Shown: piece by piece, positions 13,401-25,792 of the stretch
Position numbering within the stretch: the stretch's first letter is position 1
Layout: every line of letters starts with the position of its first letter
DNA from: Tubulanus polymorphus
Lineage: Eukaryota; Animalia; Nemertea
NCBI RefSeq assembly: GCF_964204645.1
Contig: NC_134027.1
Span: 6,728,485-6,792,484 of the forward strand
Length of the DNA stretch: 64,000 nucleotides
Direction: 5' to 3'
The notes under the pieces: generated by a model
Told to the model about the DNA's origin: nothing
The model's input: only the letters and a program-made list of their open reading frames with translations
The model's database searches: none
Made by a program: the position numbers and the translations under genes

Positions 13401-14145
13401 TCATCAATTCATTCTTACCCATACGATAACCGTGATAAAGTGAACCGTTTTCAGCCTCTACTGCTCGCTTTGCATCTTCCTCATTTTTGAATTGAATAAA
13501 ACCGTAGCTTTTATGCAGAGAAACACCTAAAACAGAAGGTAAATAACAGCTCTACAACGGTATCGGAGATATGGTAGAAATTTCGACTAATATCCGCCGA
13601 CGAAATGAGAAAAGATTTCGACACTACACTTTTTTTACATGATAGACAGACAAAAATATGTAGAAATAGAAACAACACGAATTCGTAGCAAATTTCTGAA
13701 CATAAATGCCTTGTTGGAATTGCAAAACACCACAATACAGTTCGAAGAATAGCATTTATTAGCATATAAGACAATTATTATGTAGATGTAAAATTTGTGC
13801 AATATGAGAAGCCTGCGTTTTACCTACGATCTCGCCATGTTTGGCGAACCAATTTTCAAAAGCTTCGCGAGTCATTTGGTTGGAATTAGTCGGTAAATTT
13901 GCGGCGAACACTCGGCTTTTCATCAATTCCGGATCGGAACTGTTCGTAAAATTTTTCCTCAGCGCTAATGGAATGGGACTTCGCCGACGATGCATGGGAC
14001 TATCACTCCTCCGTTTAAAAATCTTATTCGGACTTCGGCTGCGACTGCGCCTGCTTGTACTGCGACTTCTTCTTCTGTCTGGCGAACCGGGCGACCTACG
14101 ACGGTCCGATCCTTTCGGACTACGCGATCGAGAGCGACTGGGCAT
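10470..14145 (-). CDS. NCOA5: Nuclear receptor coactivator 5 / Neosin-like protein with N-terminal RS domain and RRM
   Basis: ATG at 14145 (MPSRSRSRSP..). RRM with RVFAANL and KSYGFIQF. NCOA5 hallmarks SITLNILIGTPQ/EHRNMPLDDA, LLNLLADGRHL, LQAKILSILN and LDNPNIQKALNNLIQSG. About 9 coding exons; stop at 10470-10472. Confidence 0.9.
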
Positions 14146-15269
14146 ATTTGCGGTACGTTTATCATTCAATCTACAACAAAAATTGACAGCGAAATTCAAT
14201 TTGAGTTGAATATGAAAAATTCTTTCTAGCAATCTGATAGAAAAAAGTTTTCAGCTATCAATTTTTATGGCTAATCGTCCTGATGATTTATGGCTTTTCA
14301 ACGGACAAATACAATATTGATTATTTCATTATGTTTGACTTTATGAAGATTCAATGAACGACATTAGCATCTAATATACCAACCTAGATAAACCTGCGCG
14401 TAGAAAATCAAAATGTGTGGAATTTTAGAAATGGTCATGTAACTTGGCAGCCGATAAAAAAACAAGACGCCAACTGTTGTCATACCAAACCAGATTATTC
14501 AAAATTCAAAATACATGCAAACACTCGAACCAGAAGACAAAAACGCAAAACGCGAATGATCATGTTCAAAACTGCAGCCAATATCATCATTATATTCAGG
14601 TCTGAGTAGCATTAAGCAAAATATAACTTATGAAAATAAGCAACTTGTATCATTGCTTAGTTGTCAGTCTGGTTAGGCAACCATAAAAACAACATACCGG
14701 TAACTGGGAGTTCTCTATATGTCATATGATAAGGCCTAATTGCTATGAACTCCATCATAAATAATCATTGTTGTATCTAAGGGCTGAGGCAATGATATGA
14801 TTTTTGATTATTGCAAATGTTTTTACCATTATCGCTAGTCTTTTGCCTAAAACATATCTGAAGAACTCCTATCTGTACATGCAACACCAGAGAAAATGAT
14901 TAGTAAACAAACAGCTTTTTTTCATACTTTCTAGACCTTTCTAGCACTAATAAATGTGGCGTTGGAACCGGCGCGACTGCAGCAGAGAAAGCTGCGGCAA
15001 TAATTTACTGAATGACCATTTTTTTCTTTAAATACTATGTTTTTGACAAATTGAAGTAAATTCGCCACACCAATAAAACCAGAACCTGTCAAAATCGGCC
15101 GCGGCAATCAAAAATTTCTTCCAACGCGCTTGATAGTTAGCTTATTTGAAAATACATGTATTTCATGTATCATTTATTACTAAATTGACAAGTACTGACC
15201 TAGAGAAAACAAAAAGGCAAAACAAGACAGCATCAGCTACAGTCACTCTGGATGGAGATTCATTTTTTC

Positions 15270-15434
15270 CACATGGGCTCGTATTTGAAGTTTGGAGGTG
15301 AACTGTAGCTTATTAGATCATCCAGTATCCCTGGTACTATACATATAAGAAAGTTCTTTATATATATATAGTACCAGGGATACTGGATGATCTAGGCTAC
15401 AGTTCACCCCAATCTTCAAATACGAGCCCCTGTG
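15270..15434. mobile_element. Foldback MITE-like element with CAC(A/T)GGGCTCGTAT termini and 8-bp TSD
   Basis: Almost the whole element is an inverted repeat (cacatgggctcgtatttgaag..tagatcatccagtatccctggtactata / tatagtaccagggatactggatgatcta..cttcaaatacgagcccctgtg). ATTTTTTC flanks both sides (15262-15269 and 15435-15442). Confidence 0.75.
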
Positions 15435-16674
15435 ATTTTTTCAAGTAGCCTACTTTGAATCCTTATCCTACCGAAGCTTACCCTAAAATCGGAGAAGTGT
15501 AATATACAGTGAAAAGACCTCAACATATATTCTTGTTAGTTGTGGGTCAATCATAATGTTATCTTGATTAATTCAATCTCGCGCTTGCTTTATTATGTTT
15601 TATGTTTATAAGGCCTAAATTTGAATTTGGATTTATTTTAGGCTTAATTTAGCCTTGTTGGTAATTCCGGAAGGTAAAAAGGAGCCGTAGTACCAATAAC
15701 AAATATATAAATATATACTGCACACTTACTTGTGATCCTATAGTCGTTATTCTACTAGTTCAACGATCAAAAGGCATGCAAACTTACACATCAAATCCAA
15801 AAAACATGTTTGAAATCACCAAAACTGGAAAAAAATAGATAATGGAGTCTTGATATTTCCTACTATTCACAGTCCGTGACGTCATCAAAGCGAGTCAATA
15901 AATTCAATTCAATTATTTTTTTTTATGGGAAAGTGTAAAAACCGGATTGGGATTAGCTCGGTGGAGACGGCCTTATGTTGGTCCTTTGACCACCGCGACG
16001 CATCTTGGCATTTAGTATTAAAATAGGGATGATTTTCCCTTTTATTTAATTTTCCAAGGCGGTCGGAGTAAAATTCTGACTTGTGTACATGTTTTATTAC
16101 TAATAGCTTTTATAATCGGCCGGCTTGTCGTTTTCGCCATCGGGATCCCAGACGCCTACGGGTAAACTAAAAGGCAATGCGGTGGGCCGAGTCTGACGTA
16201 GCATCTCCTTCCGCAGAAGGCCTACATACTCCAACGTTTTCAGATTAAAAATCATGCAACACAATAAGATATGAATATTTTATTGCAATGAATGTTAAAT
16301 TGTCGGATATAAAATTAAACAATAAAATAGCGATTAACAGGTAATGAATATTTTTTTGCATGCGAAGCTTGTGATTTTCTAATTTGAGTATTCTATACTG
16401 ATTAACAATAATTGCGTAATGAACTCATTGAAATTATACGATAGCTTATAAATAGAGAATAGATAATCAATAAGAATACACCTTTGAATAGGATGATACG
16501 ACTTTGTGACTGATGACTGACCAATTATTTTTTTTATTTCTAGTACCTCTCAGATCTTAATGAGATCCGGCGTTCTAAGTACCTGATACTTGACTAGTAT
16601 ATATTTAAGAAGGATGATTTTGCAATTTGTCACAATGTTAATCATTAATGGGTGTAAATCCCTTCTTTATGTAT

Positions 16675-19600
16675 TTAGACTTTCTGTATTTCAACAACAG
16701 CCGATCCGGTGATGTTTGTCAATTGTCGTGAGTTGAAACTGCAAATTATTTCTCTTTTGCCCTGGAATTTTGGAGTCAGGTGAATTTTTTCAATCAAGAC
16801 TTTACCTGGATTTATTGACTTTCTGAAAAAAGAAAAATTAAGAAATATATATGTTTTGTAGCGTGCGATTTTGTGGAAGATAGATAATATTCAGTATTTA
16901 ATTAAGTAAACGTCTTGTGAAAAACTAACCTGACCGATACGGATAGGGTGCGAGCAATTCCTGGACCCTCTATACTGATAACACCTTGTGTCAAGGGAAC
17001 AGACAGCGGATTTGTGAATTTTACCGTCACTTCGAACGCGTAACCAACTTTAGGCTTATCGGTTGAAACCTGAAAATTATAGGTTAGTTAAGTGAAACTC
17101 AATATGCAATGTTTAAAAATACAAAAATGCTTTGTCCGATTTGTGACAATTCGTAAGCCTACCTGGACATCGAGATCTGGTTTTTCAATTTCAAGTGATT
17201 CGGTAGTTGTAAATCGTTGCCCAGTTTCCTCGACCTTCGCGTTGCAATAAATTTTGACCGTAGCGTCGCAGTCGAGTTTGTCCAAATAATTCACTGCCAT
17301 CAATGGCAGCTCGAATTCAGAAGCTAGATGATAGATATACATTTACTGTAAACTAACACATTCATACAAGTCCAAATCAAGATTTTATGGTAGACTTCAC
17401 TTTATGTTTACGAGTATTCTAAGAGCAAAATATCAAGTGTTTTTTCAATACAGAATTGTATTTCGAATACGTACTAGAATTCGGTTCCAATATGGTTGTA
17501 TTTTTCTCTTTAGTCAGGGTTTCTCCGGGTATTCCCGTATAGTAAGCGGCAGCCGCTACTATAGTGATATCGACGGTCCTTTTTTCTCCTGTCTTATTTC
17601 TCATCTTTAGAATGAATTTCATGTTCCCATTTAGTTCTATCGAATCATCAAAATCGAATGCCACATCACGTGAAGTGTCCTTTACTGTCAAATCTTGTTG
17701 TCGACTACTGTAATTGTATGCTTTTGCCAAAGCTACTTTTTCTTCTTCACACCCTATAATGCGAATAAAACCGATATTCTAGTTTTAGTTAAACACAAAT
17801 CAAGCTCATTATAGCTACCTTCGGTATAACATTCAAAGGTTTCATCATTAGACGAACAAGCATTACTTTTATGCAGCTTGATCGTCAATAGAAAGGTTTG
17901 ATCTTGAAATAGGGATTAACCCTGTTATCTATTAATTTGGTAGATTTCGTTTGGTTTGGTTTTGATTGGTGTCCCTTGCAAACCCACCACACGTGTCTCG
18001 AACGAAACGTGGGGGTTGGATTTTGAAATCGAGGTACAGATAGTTGTGTGATCGGCGGTCGAATTAACATATCTTTTTGTTTTTAAAAATCGAAGTACCG
18101 GTACACAATTGAAAAGTATCGGTTCATTCATTGAACAATCTTCCGTTGCTTCATCTTACCATCTGGGTGCTTGTACAATGGCGTCAAATCCTGGCGTCCA
18201 TTTCCTCCGACTTCCTTCGTACTGATATATTTTCCGATGCAACTATTATTTACGTTTATCATCTCCAGGTTTCCATTCGCATCAACCAGCCATTCGACCT
18301 TGTCACCATTCACTTCAGCAAATATGAATTTCGAATCATAACCGATGTAAACTTCTCCATTCTTGACAGCGGTTAACGGTGCTGGTCCACAACGCATTAC
18401 TCCTTTAAATATATTTCAATCGTTTATCTTTATGAATTCAGGAGATTGGACAAATAACAGTTTTTGTTTGTTTTGTGCTTACCCTCAGACACCTCTTGTG
18501 GTGTGGCATCGTGGGCTTGCCATCCGTCGTAACCTTTTGGCAAATCGGTACGTGCCATCCAGGACTCATTCCAAACATGGAAATTCCTGCGGAAATATAA
18601 TGTCAGTGCTATTATATCGCAAATTTCCACACCTTTTTTGTATGAAGTCCTCCTTCAAAGGAAGTAAATTCTTCGTCGAAGTAGAACTCATGAAAGTAAA
18701 TCCACTTCTTAAGACTTACCAGATGGAATCGTTAAGTCTGTTTCTTGGTTCACCGCTGTTTTTGTCCCAGTGAAAGTCAATCGACATACTACCGTCATTG
18801 TCGTGGGCAGATTCAAAATTAGTCACACTTCGAGTTGGTATACCAAGAGTTCTAAGCACTACAAGAAAAATGTATATGTTTTAAAATGTGTTTAGAAGCA
18901 ATGCCAATATTCAGAGAGAAAATACATTGTGGATAATTCGACATTGCTAGAAATATTATTTTAATTTCGTACAGGTAGTGACGAGGCCAGAAAACACCCA
19001 GCATTGACCATATTTAACTTCATTTTTCGTGCGCATATATTCCTCCAGGATAGCAACGCTGCCATTCCAAGCGACTGGAGGGGTTCCTCCACCATAATCA
19101 CCGCTCCAATTACCAGTTAATACGCCCCCGTCGTTATCGTTACTGTTTGCCTAAAATAGACGTTTCGAATTAATTAGCAAGATGATGATTGGAGTGAAAA
19201 ATTCCCGATGTAATGTGTAAAGATGAATGTACTCACCAATGCCGATATAGCCCTAACTACCAGTACCGGATTACCACGAGCCTGATCAGAGAGATCGGCT
19301 AGATCCAATAGTCTCATTGCCGCCAACAAACAAACATCTTCAAACTAATATATAGATTAACGTAACTTTATTTAGATTATACGTAGCATTAAGACCTTCA
19401 ATGTAGACCTTATAGTTTGTCATTAGAGCTAGAGAACTTCAGCTCGTGGGGAATCTAGGATAAGATATAATGGAAAATGGTACAGAATAAGCCATTGGCT
19501 GTGGACGGTTTTGGAACTGCTTTGATACCTGGCCAAAATTCCATGGTTTTCCCATAAAACGCTTTTGGCTTCCGATCCATATTCGTCCAGTCTCATTGAG

Positions 19601-22600
19601 AACATACTCCTCGCGCTCAGCTGTATCACCCATGTAAACATTATCGTCTACAAAAACCAACAAGAAAACTTAATTGATAATTCAAATCATCTCAAAGTGC
19701 CCCGGTGACAAGAATTATAACTGACATTATATCAATTTGCAATAATGCAAATCGAAAAGGATCTCAATACCGTCTAATACCATATCAATCAACGCATACC
19801 GTTATTCCATGGGTTAAACAGCACATGGATGTCATCTTCGACTTCATGGCGGAACATGTACGCATCTTCATCCTTATCCTCATACTGCGTTACAATAAAC
19901 AGAGTCCAGGGAGCGACGATGCAATGAGACGGTGTCATCACTTCGTACTTGATTGTTTTGCCAACGGACTCCAATATCTTTGCACCCCATTTTCCTTTGT
20001 CAAGCTTGTTGACAATTGGGACCCTGACCAGCGTACCCTTACTCGGTTTCGGGCGATTACCTACGTACAAAGAGAACCGGAGAGTTATCAATGATTGGCT
20101 ATAAACCGTCTTCAGAGACTTTCCGAATAAGAGACTTTCAATTTCGTAGAAACCTTTGCATGAGATGTACTAAATCATGCACACGTTATTTCCAAATCAA
20201 CCTCCTGATTGTAGAAACTGAAGAGTATTTTGACACTATGTTTTGACTTACTAGTTACAAACTGGAGGATGACTTTATCTTTAGTTTTGTCGAAGTCTCG
20301 ATCAAAAGTTGTCGTCAAAGAAAAAGATTGACCTCGACGAATAATCAGATTTTCTAATTCGTACTCGGATGTATGATGAGCGGTTCTGTTTTCAGCAACA
20401 TGAAGATCGACGTGGATAGTTTTCATCAATCCATCTAAAATTAGATCATAACCATTCAAAAACTTTATATGACGAGATATATCAAGAAAACACGGCATTT
20501 TCTTCATGATTTTGCTATATCTGAGCTACCCTTGTTCAATATAATCAAGTTATTACGATGAGAAAATCTATAACCGGGGCATAATGCCAAGAATGCGCAA
20601 CCTAAGACACAACTATCCATCAATCCCATCACATTTACTATGAAATGAAACATTCAAAATGTTTGTACCCAAAAATATGATAAAATATCACCTAGCTCCC
20701 AGACTACAATATCTAAGAAATTTGAATGCAGAACAATTTACAGATATTTTAATGGATTATTTCGTCTTGTAGGATGAAATATGTTCATGGCTATATTTCT
20801 TGATCTTCTCTTCTTCTTACCAACTTTAGAAGTAGTTGGTTTGTCGTCGTCGTGATCGCGCGCTCGGGTTTCTTCTAGAATTAAATGATCGGGAAGCTGA
20901 GCTCGTCGGCTGTACAAATTCTGCGGACGTCCACCGAACGTCCGTCTGATACTCTTGCGAAAATTACTACCAAATCCACGACTTGACCTGCAAGTGAAAT
21001 ATGAAATGATAATGGAAATGCTTTAGTTTCAGCCTTTACTTTCTAATGAAGCAAATTTTAAGGTAAAATTGCAAGTGCATTCCAAGACAGGAATTCTTTT
21101 GAGATGTAGAAATATATATGTTTAGTGTTAGTAGAATTAATATAATAAAGATAATGCAGAGGAAAAAATAACAGAAACCAGACAGTAACGCACACAGAAA
21201 CCAGACAAACTTGTGTGCAGTTTCTCAGACACTAGAAATGGAAATTAGTATTGTTAAAGGAAGAAAACTTGCCATCCAATACACGGGATCATCTCGGAAA
21301 ATATGTGGAACCTACCCTGTCGGGCAGCACGAAAACCATCCATAAAATGCTGCAAGAGGCATTGCACCACTGGTTAATCCAACTCGCCAAATGATTTTAA
21401 AAAAACAAATACGACCTGTCGAGACTTGCGATGATATAAGAACAGTTAAAAAGTGCTGCCGAAACTTTCAATTACTGAATAAACATCACTTCACGTCACG
21501 AACTTATTTGCCTAAAACATGCTACCGCTTTGTGTAAACATAAAACAATTAGATAATCATGCCTATCCCGAGTCAATAGCTTAGATTACCAGACAGGTTT
21601 GGTTGATTTATCTTTCGGCACTCCTTGGCTTTTTCGTTATGCATTTCTACCATGTCTATTTACATTTTAAATTTTTAGTCTTTAGATTTTTTCGAAGGTG
21701 AATATAAATCTATAAAAAAACAAGAATTCCGATCAACTGATGAAAACATGTGCATTCAATGAAGTCGAAATGTAACTATTACTTATCTAAATATACATAT
21801 TGCAATGTAAATTGGTCAATTAACCAGACACGTTTATTGCAGCTTCATTCTATAATGAAAAGGAATAATTTCTCGACATTTTTAGGCGAAAGTGGGCGTC
21901 TAGATCGTATGGAAAATTGTCTATGCCTCGTGCAAGCCAGTACATTTTGGGTTTGCATGAATTTGCAAAGAGAAGCATTTTCCACTAGTACTGATTGCGC
22001 AAGCAATTACCGATTTAGTGCAGAGCCCGCAATAACATTATTTGCACTGTCTGACAGCCGAGGACAAGTTGATTGCCGCATGCCAGTAAATTATGAACAA
22101 ACACCTGAACATTTCCCGATTGTTTCATAAAGATATGGATTCCTTTTCAAGGTTCACGTAAAGCATTTCCATCTAAACGACATTCTTACATAGTTTGATC
22201 GTCTTCAAACGGTGGCTTATTGGCGTGACCCAACTAACTTTGAACGCTCGAAGAGACCCATAATCGTTGACAAAGTAAACTAAATGCGCTGTAGTCGTAA
22301 AATAAAGTTGAAAATTCTTTTGGAAACAATAATGAAATAATTCATGAACTTGTCTTCTTAAAGTTTGTGTTATTATTATATACATGTAGAAGTAGATCGC
22401 ATTTTTCGCATTTACGAGTTATGACTGGAATCTTCTCGGGTTCGGTCAATCAGTTGAATTGTCGTGACCCACACTCGTTTCTTAATTCGATTCGACACAC
22501 AACACACGATCAAATCCGGGTTAATCGAAAGCAGCATCGGAAAAATATGTGTCGGAAACTGATTTCACATTAGTATAATCATCAATCAACTCTTTTCCAT

Positions 22601-23169
22601 GGTATAATACGCATGGTATATAACGACGAAAGTAGTGCATAATAAGGTTAAACAAACCACCGTCGGCAACTCAACGCCTGAACTTACACTTAAAAAATTA
22701 CGTTTTATTCCCATTATTTTACATTTAATTTGCTCTTTGATATATGAACTATTTACAAAAATACGAAGATTTTACTTTTTAAACAAAAAAAAACATTGCT
22801 TTCATTTTCGTAAACATTTCATTAATATCAACAAACAACGAAGTAATTTTACCACTATATATGAATAGAAATGCGACGAAAATAATTCAAATCAACATAA
22901 GCAACCACCTGCTAGTAGTAATTTAGCGAATTATGATTTATGATCAAGATATATTGTTATTAGCGCATTTGCTTGCAATGAAAATATGTGCAATTTGTGC
23001 TTCCAGAAAAAGTAGGAAAACAAAAAACGAATGATTCAAACGTGACATACCTTCCACGTCTTTGAAAACCACCTGCATAGCCATGGTGCCCGTGCCCATG
23101 ACCATGACCATGCCCATGTCCAAAATGAAACACCGATCGGAAATTGAAACTTCTGCTCCTGCCTGGCAT
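16675..23169 (-). CDS. Protein-glutamine gamma-glutamyltransferase (transglutaminase; TGM1/annulin-like), multi-exon
   Basis: Motifs [35 protein letters not shown], catalytic YGQCWVFSG (near 18990-19015), WNFHVWNE and [11 protein letters not shown] (Cys-His-Asp triad intact), [23 protein letters not shown], and C-terminal beta-barrels ending in TAA at 16675-16677. Upstream exons 23051-23169 and 20821-20987 splice in frame to 20434. Confidence 0.93.
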
Positions 23170-24225
23170 TTTGGATATTAGCACAATGAAACGAGAGAGA
23201 CGTGAGATGAATTCAATTCAAATCGTTCAACAGAAAGAGTAGAGAGGCATAATAGTGCGTGGGACCACGCCTTCTCGCGAGTTATGCAAACAGTGCTTGC
23301 AGCACACAAACGACAAAACGTAATCTGTGACGTAGAAAGCTAATTTGATGTTTTTGTAGAGCAACTGTGGGTCAAGATCAGTTTATTAAAGTTGCGCTAG
23401 GAAAAATTAGCTACAATGATAAACTCTTGTGATTTGACGAAGGGTCGTTGACATTCTTTTATTCATTCCAGATTAGAACTCGTCCGTGGAATAAATACAG
23501 AAAAATAAAACTGAAGCTGTTTGTACTTGAACGCATCAATGAAAAAGATTCAATTGCATCGGAATCTTAATCTGTATTTGAAAAATATTACGACGATCAG
23601 CATGTTTAATTCCACCATGAATCCATCGCTTTTATATTCAAACCAGGTTTGGCCGATCGGTAATAATTTCTTTCACGTCCGATCAACCGTTCAAGCTTTT
23701 ACCACTTTCACTTCTCGGTTAAGCCATAGTTTTTTTATAAGGTTTTCACAATTTTTGGTCACGTTTTCATTCTCGGCGTAGTGGAGGTTTGTTACAACGA
23801 GAGTTACATCTGTGTATTCCAGAGGGTCACGCGGTTGATCTTTATTTATCGTGCACAGGTTTTCGAGTTTTCTTTGCCTCTTTCAGAGTTCTTTGTCTAA
23901 TGCAACAATTTCAATGGAGTATGCATCCATCCTCAAATCACATATTCTCGCATGCCGGAATGTTTTCCATACTGTCAGGTGGACGCTACAGCTCTATTCT
24001 AATGATATTTTAGTTAGCTAGTACTCTAATATAACAAGTGTGGTACTCAGTCAGGAATCCCTTTGAATTTTTGTCCGCCTAGCTATGCAACTTTCAGGTT
24101 CAGCGAACAATCTTTGTCGTTCATAATTCCTTATAATTTCTTTAATATTATATTGAGGTTTCCAGTTTCTAGGCGCCATTTTGTGGCGGTCCCTCGAGGT
24201 CCCCATTGTTGCGATAATTTGCGCT

Positions 24226-24525
24226 CATTTTTTAAACTTGAGTTTTGATTGAATGTCATATAGCTCTGCAGTCCCTTGCTTGATTAACTTCATTTATAGA
24301 CCATTTTAAAGGAAATGAAATGCAGATATTTACCGGTGATTTTTTGAACTCTTGAATTTTTTGGTTTCACATTGTCACTGCTCTTAATTGTTGCGTTCAA
24401 AAATCCGATTATCACCGGAAATTATCTGCATTTCATTACCTTTAAATTGGTGTATTACTTAAGTTAATCAAGCAAGGGACTGCAGAGCTATTTGATATTC
24501 AATCAAAACTTATGTTTTAAAAATG
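24226..24525. mobile_element. About 300-bp foldback/MITE-like element with long terminal inverted repeats
   Basis: Left arm agttttgattgaatgtcatatagctctgcagtcccttgcttgattaactt..aatgaaatgcagata..ccggtgat is mirrored by atcaccgg..tatctgcatttcatt..aagttaatcaagcaagggactgcagagctatttgatattcaatcaaaact. Arms exceed 100 bp. Confidence 0.7.
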
Positions 24526-25016
24526 TCGGTTAGATTTATTCTCATCTTCTAATTAGCCCAGACTGATAAAGTATGGATAACTGATATGTAATATGTTTAA
24601 CAAAAATTACTTACAAAATCTTTCTATAGTAATGGAGGAAATTGTCCGAGTGTCGATAGTGCGACATTTTTGAATTCGACAACTTGCGTCGTGACAACTG
24701 AGAACCTGACCCAATAATATGTCTAGAATGAGAAAGTGCTCATTCTATACATTTTACTATTATAGGACGAATCACTTGCATAGGCAAATAAAAAACTTGA
24801 CTGATCCAAGACAGCAGATGAATGTCTTTCATTCGATAAATTTTTTCAAAAATCTGTACCGGATTGAAGTTGGCCCCATTATTCACAAAGTTTTTGTTCA
24901 ATCATTTGCTTGGAAATATTTTCTGTCAGAGATAAATATTGATTAAAGCAGTCACAGACATTAAAGGAATCGTGCTCCCGGTAGTCAAACAGAATAAAAC
25001 TAACACATTCAAATAT

Positions 25017-25213
25017 CAGGCCCGTAGCGTGGGGGCTTCGGACGAAGTTCATTTGGTCCGCAAAAATGTCATTTTTTTTTCGTACATGACTAAATACTCA
25101 GGGCGTCGCACCTGCGGTGTTGGCGCTGTAGGCTTCGTCTCCAGCCGAACACACGATATGGTCCAAATTTATGGAAAAAGAACCCCCAACCAAAATCTCA
25201 CGCTACGGGCCTG
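25017..25213. mobile_element. MITE with CAGGCCCGTAGCGTG terminal inverted repeats and 5-bp TSD
   Basis: caggcccgtagcgtg ... cacgctacgggcctg, with AATAT immediately on both flanks. Confidence 0.7.
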
Positions 25214-25792
25214 AATATTCAGTGCTATGTGATGCATCCGTCGCCAACACATTGAAAATAAGAAAACTGACCCACTGTCTTAACCTGAGCAATGTATCTC
25301 TGTCGTTATCATGGTAATAGTAAATTAAGTGACGTAATTGGCACGAAATTCGCCCTTTTTCCGGCACTTTTGCAGTGCCCGGCCGTGGCCGGCCCACAGT
25401 GCCGGCACCTCGAAGCCTATGAATTATTAGGATCCCTTGTGAAGTTGATTATTAATTCCTTATTCTGTTACTTATTACTTATTCGAATGTGATAGGAAGT
25501 TGGTCACTAATTTTAAGCTCCATATTCAGCGTTTTCATCGCCACCAACCCGACTTTGTTACAATACGGAGTAATAAAGATTCACTTTAATTGTATTGAGG
25601 CTTACTATGAATCCAATTCCGTACTTTACTCTGTACCTATGGTTACACAAGTGACAAGCCGTCCCAAAACACGCGTTGTTCCCGAATTCATATGACTCCT
25701 TGTTAAATTTTCATTAATTGGTAGTTCCTCCATAAATCTACAACTCACTTTGGTCACTTTTGTCAGTTTATCTCGAAATACGCAAAAGAATC

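Noticed and set aside
13841-14229. Leu/Arg-rich plus-strand ORFs
   Set aside because: Antisense reading of the NCOA5 RS-repeat exon.
15948-16010. tagctcggtggag resembling a tRNA A-box
   Set aside because: No B-box or cloverleaf follows.
16118-16230. GGCCGGC start resembling an HDV-like ribozyme
   Set aside because: The complementary P1 strand and nested pseudoknot are absent.
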